NCBI GenBank assembly: GCA_964035545.1
Contig: OZ037768.1
Location: 7,038,741-7,102,740 of the forward strand
DNA: 64,000 nt
DNA from: Bugula neritina
Taxonomy: Eukaryota; Animalia; Bryozoa
Direction: 5' to 3'
Below, one piece after another: positions 51,001 through 63,000 of the stretch. Under the pieces are notes generated by a model, which did no database searches, was not told the origin of the DNA, and worked only from the letters and a program-made list of their open reading frames with translations. Position 1 is the first letter of the stretch. Every line of letters begins with the position of its first letter. A program made the position numbers and the translations under genes.

Positions 51001-54000
51001 TTATCCTATAAATCAAATGAAAAACAATGTTACTACAGTCATATAACTGATTAATTCGCTAATTTTAATCTTACAGATGCTGGAAAAATATTTTATCTAC
51101 AAATGTGTACAAAAAATTAATGTAGTTTTGATCAATTCCTCAGGAGTTTTTCTATAACTTAAATTTAATGAGGTTGTAATTTCAGCTGAAACACCGGTAT
51201 CAGTGGATACGGTTGCTATTCATGACGCCATACCTTCCGATTCGGCTGCACCAGTCTCAGTTGAAGTGACAACTCCTGATGGTAAACCTGGACTTGTTCG
51301 TGAAGATGACAAAGCACCAACATTCGTGCAGTGCTTGCAAGATACAGATGTAAGTTTATCATAGCATTTGTACAATTCTTTTTTTCCTTGTATTATTTTC
51401 TATTGTAGAAATCTCAATGAGTTTCAGAGAGCTGTTTTGATCAAGGTTTTAATTTCTTTGTATGACCTGTAGAACCATTACTCATACAGATTGTTTAATC
51501 TATGATTATGTATACATGCAATGTGTGTATAGGTTAATGAGGGCTCCACTGCTTCCTTCATGGTGGAAGTCAAAGACGCAGCTGAAATATACTTCACTCG
51601 AGAAGGAGAGGTCATTGAGGATGCCGACAGATTCATAATATCCAGTCAGGATGACAAGCACTATCTGGAGATCTGTGATGTTGAATCAGATGACGAGGGA
51701 GAGTACACAGTCATATGTGAGAACCAGTATGGCCATGTAACTAGCACCGCTGAGCTTCTTGTTTCTGGTATGCTGCTTTAGGTTTCAATATGGTGTGTGG
51801 TTTTCCTTAACTTTATAATGGTAGCTTTGTCTTATTGAGCCTGACTTCAGTGTTTATATTAAAACTAAACTTGGTTGCTTTTTTAACTTGATAACAATTT
51901 AAACTTTCATACTTTGGTGTTTGCAGTGGAAAGTCTCAAGAAATTGGAGGTTTTGGACTCTCAACCTTCTGAAGAGAAGTTGGAGTACAAAAAGCCGTAT
52001 TTCACAAAAATACCTACACTTACTCTACCAGTGAAGCCCAAGGAGACAGCTACACTCATTGCTAACATAGATGGCACGCCTAGACCTAAAGGTAAACTGA
52101 TTATCATAAGCTGTACATCTGAACACTTTGCCAAGTTTTTGCTGAACACAATTGAAAAATTAAAGATTATTTGGTGTCACAAAATAATTAGTGTCATAAT
52201 GTGTCATCTCATCGGATAACGTCAATTGAAAAAAGCTATACAAGCAATTTTGAAGCTGTATTTAAAGACCCTCTTGAATAATCAAAGTATGTTTGGTGTT
52301 TTCCAGTTACGTGGTACAAGGTTACAGATGGTAAGCTAGAGGAAGCAGACGATACAAGCAAATACCATATTGAAGACTACGATACCACATATTGCTTGGA
52401 GATTAAGTCTACTGAGGAAACTGACGTGGGAACATATGTAGTGAAAGCTGACAATGAGGCGGGAGATGTGGAGGCGGAGTTTGTAGTGAAAATGCAGAGT
52501 AAGTGATTTTGCTCTCCGACAGCTCATTTCGGCTCTAGGTTTTGATTTAGTGATGAGGTCATGCTGACTTGCTATTAGTAGCTGTGCAGCAAAAGTTTCC
52601 TATCTGTTAGATTATTAAGGCTTTTAAAAATTACTACACTTCAAGCATGGATGTGGACTAGTTTTTTTAAATTAGCAATACCCAACTACATGCGTTAACA
52701 TCAGCCTTGGTTTAGGGGTTAAAGCACTGGCTTTGTAAACATGAGGTCATGGGTTCGATTCCCAGTAAAGGCCATTGATGATGTTAGGAAGAGAATCCCG
52801 TCATAATTGCTCCTGCGCCCCATTTGAATAATTATTCTTCAGCCCACTTAAAAAAACCCTTTCCATCAGGGGTTCTCACAGGGATAGCGACTCTAAACTT
52901 CCGTGAGTTTTTTAGTTGCAAGTATTAGTAAAATGGAGCATATAATAAGTTGACATTGTCTTACAGGTGAGCTTGTCTCCGACGAGATAAGTGTCGAAGG
53001 TAAGACTGGCCATGTGGAATGCTATTGCATACGATGTTGCACCTTGTAGCTAAATAGTAGCAACTAACTATTAGCCTATAGGAAATTAGTATTAAAAATA
53101 GCCAATGAGAAACCCGATAGCATTATTTGCACTATTCTCTTTTCTGTCACACGTTTGGTGTTATTCACAGAATTGAGCTGTTATTTTTTAAGAGCACACC
53201 TCGGAAATGTGTTATACAAGGCATGTAGGTCTAAGGAATATAGCATGTCACTAATCAAACTGTCTTTAAATCTCTTGGTACTTTCAACTTTCATCAAATT
53301 GATGTTCTTTCAATTATATAACTATATATTGTTTGCATTATCTGTTTCTGAAACTGATAATTTTTTTCGGCATTGGCATTTAACTATAACTTTTATACTG
53401 TATGCATGGTATTTCCATTTGCAACATTCTTTTGATCAAATAATGCAAAGCTTCATGTGTGGAAGTCGGCATAATATAAAATTCCTGACAGACATCTACA
53501 AACGTTCAACAAGTCCATATCTATCTCTCAGGTCACCAGCTTAATAGCAGTTGTCTGTACAGATGTTCCACTTACGCATTAATGTTCAAGCATGCAGAAA
53601 AAGTGTTATATTGTCTTTTGTACTTTCTATTGCCTTCTTTTTTTCTATCTAGAAACTGTTGTTGATGACGACACCGCTCTTCAAGCTTCTCCAGTATTAC
53701 TGAGGTCAACCAAACGGTCAAAAGCACCTCTCTTCACTGAAGAGCTGACAGACATTACCATATATTCCGATCAGCCGTTGGTATTAAAGTGTAAAGTCAC
53801 TGGACTTCCACGACCAGATATTAGATGGTTCAGGTATACAATAGCTACAACTTGTGCTACTACACCTCTTTGTTGCCAACCTGTATTTGTTTTGATGCAT
53901 ATGCAATTTGTATATTTATCGTAAAATAAAAAACATCAAAGTTTAACATGTTTTAACACAATAATTCAAAACTGAGCTTTGTCAAGTATTATGCAGAATC

Positions 54001-57000
54001 CAAGTATTTCTCCTTTCTAACTCTTAAAGTTATATAGCTGATTGCAACATTTGCATGCTATTTATTATATTAAGTTGAGTGTGTGGGGCTTTGATGGTTT
54101 CTGAATTGCCGTGTTCAATAAGATGTTTAAGCCATGATCCAAACTATAATACTCTTATTTACTTGTATCTTAATAATCATATTGACTTTTATTTTTTAGA
54201 AATGATATGGAGTTATTCCCCACTCCAAATGTCAATCTTGTGTATGAGAATGAGGTTACAACTTTAACCATCAATAAAGTTAACAAAGACCATTCCGGTG
54301 TCTATCGTTGCTTGGCAACCAATGATGCTGGTGAAGATGAGGTTGAAGCTAAAGTTACAGTGGAAGGTAATTTCATGTGTTTGTTACCTATTTATTTTTT
54401 ATTATTATTTGTTTTTAGTTTCCTTTATTTGTGTGAGGTGTTTTAGTCGGCATGCATTGTAATTTTATTTTAAGTAAAAAGAATGTAAAATCCCCATTTT
54501 TGTTTTGTATTTCTATAAAATATGTATCTATTGTCCAGGAAGCAACATTGACTCTGATTTTGACGCAGTTTCAGATTTTGATATTAATGACAAAACAAAG
54601 CCCTCTCAAAATTTAAAACCTGAAAAAGGTTCTCCAAAAGTTGCAACTACCCAGGTTATAGCTGAAGTCACTCCTATTGTGGATGCGATCAAAGATGTCC
54701 CCAAAACTATGACCAAGGAGGACAGTCCTAAAGTTGAAACAGAAGAAGAAACACTTCAAGTTGAAGTTGCAAATGACACTCCTGAAGTCACTGCTAAAGC
54801 AGATTCTCCCAATGTTAGCGCTGAAGAAGATATTCCCGAAGTCACTGCTAAAGAAAAAACTGTTGAAATTGACGCTACAAAAAGCATTTCTGAGATTTTA
54901 GTTGAAGCTGAAGTTGAAGAGAGTGCTCCTATAGTCAAAGAGGTAGAGGGCACTCCCAAGGTTACAGTTACTGAGGACACCCCTAAGAGTGAAATTGAAA
55001 AGGAAACTCAAGAAGTTGCTGAGGATGTTGTGGAGATTGAGGCCGAAAAAGGTGTTCCTGAGGTCTTAGTTGCAGATGAAACTCCTGTAGTTGAAGATGA
55101 AAGTGACATTCCTAAGGTTACGGAAGACATCTATGAAGATGAAGTTGATGACACTGATAATGTTACAGTCATAGAGACCGTCACCGAGATTGAAGCTCAA
55201 GAGGACACACCTGAGGTACCGATTCTAGAAGACATCCCCAAGAGTGAAATTGAAAAGGATGCTCCCAAATTGGCAAAGGAAGTTCCTAAGACTGAACCTG
55301 AAGAGGTTACAGTTACAGATGAAACCCCTATGAATGAAGTTGAAAAAGTTGCTAATGAAATTAAAGATACAGAAACCATTACTGATATTGAAACTCAAGA
55401 GGAGATGCCTAGTGTTACAGATGATACCTCTAAAGCTACAGTTAAAGAAGACACCCCTGTAACAGATGAGAAGGCAACTCCTAAAGTTGAAGGAGACACC
55501 CCTGTGCTAGCAGATGAGAAGGCAACTCCTGAAGCTACAGTTGAAAAAGACACTCCTGTGCTAACAGATGAGAAGGCAACTCCTAAAGCTGCAGTTGAAG
55601 AAGGTACTCCTGTGCTAACAGATGAGAAGGCAACTCCTGAAGCTGAAGGAGACACTCCTGTGCTAACTGATGAGAAGGCAACTCCTGAAGTAGCTGCTGA
55701 AAACACTCCAAAGATAAAAGTTGCAAAAGATGCTCCTAAAACTGAGGTGGCTGCTCCAAAGGTTAAACCTGAAGAATCTGCTTCCAAAGTTGCAGTAGTG
55801 GAGGATGTTCATAAAGGTCAAGCTGAAGTGGACATTCTTGAAAAGGCAGATGATGAAGTTGTTCCTGCGACTGATGAATCACATGAAAAGCTAGAAGGGT
55901 CTGCCCAGAAAGCTCCGTCATCAAGAGAAGTACCAACTGCAGATATTTCTGAGCTACATGCACCTGTGAATAACAAGCTCGTACCAGACACTAGAATAAA
56001 TGACGATCTTGTACAAGACTACGATGCTGATGAACTCTTTGAACCATTGGCAGTTTCCTCTCCTATTGACTCACCCAGTCAAATGATTCCTGAGACAACT
56101 ACTTTACCACTCAAAGAGTCTGTTGATGCAAATGTGTCTGAAAAACCATCCACGAAACTTACACAACCTGTGGATTCTAAACCGTCAACATTAATGGAAA
56201 CTACTCCATTTGATATCGTACAGCCTGGTGTTGCACCAGAAACGCAAGAACTTTTCGATGTTGACCAACCAATAGTTTCCGAAAAAATTAATGTCATAGA
56301 AAAATCTGAAACTGTAGTCAAATCAGATGAACCAATCACGGATGATGCTGTTGACCTTGTCGATAGCATTGGAAAAGGTAACTTGCATGTTTCGAAATTA
56401 GTTAGACCCCTGGTATGAATTTAAATGTGTTGCTGCTATATTTTGGTAGTGTAGTAGTTTCGGGATAGAATTGCACAACCCATTTAGTGTTTGGGTACCA
56501 ATAGCTGTAGAAATAGTACCATGGGGTGGTAGTGCAGACTTGTTTAAATGGTGGAAATGGGTAATCATAGTCAATAGTTTGTTCACTTTCTGGTAATGGT
56601 TTTGACTAACTGTTATATGGTAGTACTTGAGTATTTACTTGTGTTCCTTGATGTATTTTGATGATGCTGCATCATTTGGGTGATCTTGGAGAAAATAAAT
56701 TGAAAGCTTTATTGTGAATGGTGAGTTAGATTAAGCTCAGCTATATGGTGGCTTGTTTCAATAAAATAGCTTGTGTTATGGAAGTACTAATACTACATTG
56801 TTGCGTGTATAAATGTGTTTATTCGTATTTGAAATTGAAATAAGTCTGTTATTATTTAGATAAAACTGTTGCTCCTACTATTAACACACCACTAGATCAT
56901 GTGACTAAGACTGAAGGATTTCCCGTTAGTCTGAGAATTGGTTATACAGGACAGCCAACGCCCACACTCCAATGGTATACCTGTTTCTTATTATTGTTTA

Positions 57001-60000
57001 TTTGTAAAATAATAAGACAACTTCCACACATAGTTACTGAAAGCTGTCTTTTTTCAATATCAATAGCATAAAGTTGAAATACTAAAATAAGATTTAAAAT
57101 AACTAAATTACAATATCTATTGCTGTTGAACAAATGTTTTAGGCAATTATAAAACATAAAAATCAAAGTTCTTCAAAAACACCTTTGCAAATTTTTAGTA
57201 ACAACCTAATTTAAATAAGTTCTATCAATTATACTGTTGATTATATGATTGATTGATGGAAAATTTTTGGGCTCATCAACAATGTGCTTTACTATAATTG
57301 AAATATTTTTCCTACTTGATTACTAAAAATAAAGACAACTCCAAATAAGTTTTTAGGTATAAATATTAATGAAAGTTGTATGCTATAATTTACCTACCAC
57401 AATTTTACATCTTGATCACGAAAACTATATCTAGTGTCTATAAATATTCCTTCAGCGATTCTCGCTTGAAAAACGTTTTGTAATATTTGCTTTCAGGTAT
57501 TTGAATGAGCAGCCATTAGATCTGGTAGACAAGAAACATGTAACTTCAGTTGTTAACATAACGGATCAAACTCTCCATACTCTCACCATCTCTAGTACAA
57601 ACCCTTCAGACTCGGGTGTTTACAAGGCTGTTGTTACCAACGTCGCTGGTGAAGTTACCAGTGAAGCTAAAGTTACAGTTACCGGTAAGATAGATTTATT
57701 AATACATGTAGTCATGCTATTTAGTATTTCTAACTATATCTGCTATCACTTTAATAATTCTGCCATGTTTATCAACTTTTATATTGAATTCAGTGAGGTT
57801 GAGCTACATAGAACTATTCCTATATCTATACTTCTATATATTGAAAAAGTTTTCAAAATCAGTCTGACTTCAAATGTAATTCTCCTTGTATTTATTAAAC
57901 CTGCTAACACAATATTTGGCTGTAACAGCAAGTGAGACCTTGAGTGACAGTGCAGATGATGGTAGGTATCTTACTATTAGTAAATGGCGCTCCCCGCTCA
58001 TTGTGTACGGCTGTTTGTTAGTTGGTTCTCTTCTTATAAACCAAGTAGTTGTCCTCTCCCAACTCTTGGACTTGGTGAACATTCTTTTCTTAGCTCACTG
58101 CTTTACTTAGGTGTAGTGAGTATACTATTAGGTTTAGAATGGTATTGGCTCTTCTCTATGACATTGCTGTCGCATGCCCTTCTACCGCATTTGTTGCTGC
58201 CGGTTACAGCGGCTACCGTGTGTCTTTCTGACAAGCTGAGTAGTTGTAGTTTGCTCTTCTTGCTCACCATTCTATAGCTAAGCCCAAGAAACGCCAGGGT
58301 CCTAAGTTCATACAAAAGGTCAAGGATGTAATCGAGGTAACTGAAGGCGATTCTGTGACATTCAATGCTGAGGTCACAGGCTATCCGGAGCCTACAGTTC
58401 AGTGGACTAAGACCGATGTGGAGATAACATCAGACTTGCCTGGATTTGAAATTGAGCAGGAAGGTGGAGTGCACAGGCTTATTATCTCACAAGTACGACC
58501 AGCAATGGCCGCACTCTACTGTGCTACTGCAAAGAATGATGTTGGGCAGATATCGAGCCGAGGTCGTCTCAAGGTCAAACGTAAGTGTGAACATAAAATA
58601 ATTCTCATTTTTATGTGCCGTAAAAAAACAAATTAAGCATTTTTTTAAATTATGAAAATTTACCACATAATATAACATTATTTTTGCAGCTGCAAAAAAG
58701 CCTGAGATTCTTCAAAAGTTTAAGGATGCAAAAGCCCCTATCGGTGGTATCATTGAGTTCAGTACAAAGGTTAGAGCTTTTCCACCAGCTGAAGTTGTTT
58801 GGACACTGAATGATGAGCCAGTGGAGCAGTCAGATTCTGTAACTATTGAGTTTATAAAACCCATGACACACTCCATCGTCTTCCACGATGTGCCTGAAAG
58901 CATGCACCAAGCCCAAGTTGCTCTAGTGGCAACCAACGTGGCTGGAACAGACTCTACCTCTTCCAAACTTACAGTACAAGGCCACGCACCAAAGTTTATA
59001 CTCAAGCCTATCAAATGTACTGTTTTAGAAGGTGAGAGATAGTGGACATCTGTTCGCCGCATATATCTATATGCTCAATCTTTTTTTATTTCCAATGCAT
59101 TTTATTATCTTTTTATGTTGCTTGTAAATGTACATTTATATAATTTTAATTTTTATTAAAAATGTGTTATTCGAAATTTATTTTCTATTTTGTGAACATG
59201 TGACATGGTTCTGTCTGAGCCTGGGTTTCAATACATTTTCATGATAGTTTGATACTTGTTTTCAGGATCAACTGCTATGTTTCAATGCAAAATTTCTGGT
59301 GAGCCATACCCTAAAGTAACATGGTCTAAGGGAAGAAAAATCCTTACTACAACTAAAACCAAAAATGTTGAAGTGTATTATGATGAAGCAGAGGATCAAC
59401 ACAATGTTGTTCTAAAAGGTATGAAAATATTTTTTGCTTCTATTAGAAAAATTGTATTGGATTATTAGTAGGCAGTTTGAAGCCTTACATCTAATTTTAA
59501 GAACTCATATTTTCATTTGTCCGAGTTTATATTTTGTGATTTGGTTATAATTTTTGTGTGCTTACAGCAATTTTTCTCACGCTTCAACCCTATAATTTGC
59601 TTATAAAATAATTTGGCGTCACTAATTATAATAACTAATATGATTTGCATGCTTTAATAAAAATCTCTTCATGTTGATTTTAACCCATCAGGAATTACTG
59701 AGGATGTGAAAGGTAATGTACATCAAGGCTTTAGCTGAGTTTCACTAACTTACTTACCTTATGCCTGCATACCTACGCTATCATATTGTTTTAGTCATGT
59801 GACTTTCGGAAAATAAATTAATTTCTTTATGAATTATAAAATGGTGATGGAAAAACATTTAATATGATAGCGTAGTTATGTCAAGTGTTTTTCCAAAGTT
59901 TGGTTTACTTTGTGCAGACAACTCTCAAGGTGTGAGAAATGGTACCAGTGTGCCCAAAGTTAGTTAGCAGTTAGTCATTGTAGTGCTTCTTATTTCCTGT

Positions 60001-63000
60001 GATGAACATAACTATAAAGTATATTCTCAAAGGTTGTCTATGAGCTCATCACAAAGTATGTTGTATTTTGTACTTGAAGCTGGAACTTGACAGTTTGGCT
60101 ATAAAGTTCCTTATTTATTGCAGACGCTATGGCAGCCACAGCCGGCACTTACGTGGTAACTATTGAGAACGAACATGGCACCGAAAAATGCTCAGCCACG
60201 CTTATTGTAACTCAGGATGCAAAGGAAATGGAAGATTGGGTGTCGCAGCTCAAGAAAACGTAAGCCAACCCTCCTCTAGATATAAGCAAATCTTTACCAT
60301 TTCATATTTATAACTATTTTCCATAGAATAGTTGATGTGTATTTGACTCTCTCATATAAGTTAGGAGCCAAGATTTTTCTGACCATGTGATTTCCCTTTA
60401 ATTTATTAGATATTATCTGAATGTAGTTGAAATGCTTTCTGGCCTATTTTTTATATAAATGGGTTATTTGTAGATGATTTGTGACTCATCAGTTGCTTAT
60501 ACTTGTCATATTTTTAGATCAACTTCAATGTTTTTTGTGACCAGAATTTGTATCATTCCTTTAACCAACATTGCAATTTCTGTTTACTTACAGAGAAATT
60601 CATAAAGCTGAAGTTGAGGAAGATGCAGTTGACTGGGGAAATCTTAAAACTGCTCGTAGAACTTCCAAAGCGGAGGAAACTCAAGATTTAGACTTCAATC
60701 TCAGACATGTGCCTTCTGCAGAAGACGCCATAACTATTGAGACTACCGACGTATCACAGTCTCTACCGGTAAGGATTTTAGTCGATCAATTTTCGAGTTG
60801 TTCAATTGCATTTTCGAGATCTATGACATTTTCGAAAAGTCGTGTTACCTCAGCATGCATCTACTCTGAGCCTATTGCATATGTTCTAGATTTAAGTTGA
60901 GCTTTTTTGACTCTTGTATATAAATATTATTAGTTAAGCATGTTGGTTTTATATATAGGAGTGTGTAATGCATAATCATTTCAATAATAAGCTACAGAAA
61001 GACACCTCAGATGAGTCTTGCAGTAATTGTTTGCTATAGACGTTAATATCTTGTCTTTCCAACAAATTACTGTAGTAAAGTAGTGAGCAGTGTTTACTGT
61101 TCATGTGCCTACAATGTGCAAGGTTGATTACTCTACTTTGGATTATCCTGTGTAAACACATGTTTCAATAAGTAGGCTTGCCTCTATCTGTCAATTTCTA
61201 GTGCTAGATTCTTCCTAGGACTTGTTTATATTATTGTGCATTTTCTGGATGATTTTTCTGTTCTATTGACCTATACGTTCAAACTATAGCTAATTTTAGT
61301 AAACTTTAGGAAGTCTAAAACCTAAAAATAAAAGTCCAAGTGAACTCTGGCCATGTTTATTCTTTTTCATAGAAACTTTACCAGATTTATTTTTAGAAGC
61401 AATGTTTAATATAGCTCACTTGGCATGCAGATTACAACAAGTGCGTTCATGTTATGTAATGTGTGTAAAGTAGTATTATAAGGTTATGTAAATTGAATGA
61501 AAGTAAACAGTTGAACTTGTTGTAAACTGGGCAGGGTGTCCACCAATCTGTTTGACTATGGATCGTATATCCCATGTTTTCCGATGATATGTACACAGGC
61601 ATTACATTGCATATTAGCCATGTGCAAACTTACTTCACTTTAGTTGAGCTTATGTTGTAGTGGCTGTTGCTGCTTTATTCTTTTTTACATTTTGTTATAT
61701 TATTTTGCTTGTAACAGCCCTTTGAACCAGTTAAGCTACCAGATTTTGAAAGGACTAAAATTGAACCTTTGGAGCAAATTACAAGAGAACCAGCTGTAGA
61801 AAAACCAGATGAGCTGGAAATGGCTCCTGGTAAATATGAGTGGGAAAAGGTCCCCCAGCTTAAGGCAACTGCTGAAGAAAAGCAGCTGGTTATACCAAAG
61901 ATTAAGGTATGCATGCTTGTGTTAACTGGTCTACCATTTCTTTTCAGGCGTATTAGCAGAATTTGGCATTGTTTTTATCTCTTGCATTGCTTTTAGTATT
62001 TGAGTTTTTGCTTGTATTGTTGTGCGACATACTATTATTTATTTTAATACAAATTATTATATTTTTGAGTTCTATCTGCTTACATTTTTTCTTTTGTTGC
62101 ATTGAGGCTACATGGCATAAAATTTTGGTTTTTACTTTTTGAACAACTTAAGGATATCTTGGATTGTTTCTGCATTTTAGCGAGAATTTATTCGAGAATT
62201 ATCAGATGTGGTAGTAAAGGACAAAGAGACGGCCATCTTTGAGTGTGAAGTGTCGCTGCCGAATGTGCCCATAAAATGGTTTGTTAAAGGACAGGAAGTC
62301 ACGACTAGCCCTAAATATTCTATTTCCATGAACAAGAAAGTGCACACTCTTCGCGTGGAAAGCACTAGAAAGCTAGATGCTGGTGTAGTCAAGGCCGTGT
62401 TCTATCAGGCTGAGTCAAAGGCTTCTCTTACAGTCATAGGTAAGCTCTCAATATCATAGTTTCCACAGCTATTGTGTAGAAATTTTAATGTTCTTGTACA
62501 TAGCGAGGATGTCCCAATTTTCAACTGTAAATAGATAATGGAAAAAGTTTTTACATCAACAGAAGTAAAATACAAATCAATCTTTGGTGTTTTTCTTTGT
62601 CCAAAGTATGATTTGTTTCTCATATTTTATTTAATCAAATTTTCATTTTTTATGCTTGATTTAGGCACATTCCAATATATTTAATTTTATCTTCAATATT
62701 ATGTAACTCACTCTGCTAGGAGTGATGGTTGAGACTATAACTCTATTATGGCAAAATTCTTTGAATATTTTATTACATGTAACTACTTGCATGTTTTTAT
62801 CAGTTATTTTTTAAATTTGCCAGTGTTGTAGTTGACTACTAGTTCTGAATATAATGAGAATATTTTCAGTTATTTGAATTTCTTAAGTTATTATTTGTTT
62901 TATTTGTTAGTTATTAGTCACTCTTGATTTGTCCAGCGACCATTTCTACAAAAACAAATTTCTGTTAATTTATGTTCCCAAGTTAAACCTATTGTGGATA

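Noticed and set aside
52704-52780. Functional tRNA gene
   Set aside because: A and B boxes are present but acceptor and anticodon stems do not pair cleanly, and the head continues into a body shared with a second decayed copy, which indicates a SINE
29963-56369. Many minus-strand and alternative-frame ORFs (S/T/V/C-rich or L/F/C-rich) overlapping the giant exons
   Set aside because: Shadows of the biased, repetitive sense frame; they recur with the repeat periods and show no independent domain signal
57984-58277. Hydrophobic 97-aa intronic ORF as a membrane protein or alternative first exon
   Set aside because: Out of frame with the next exon, ends at the acceptor TAG, and is explained by T-rich intron composition
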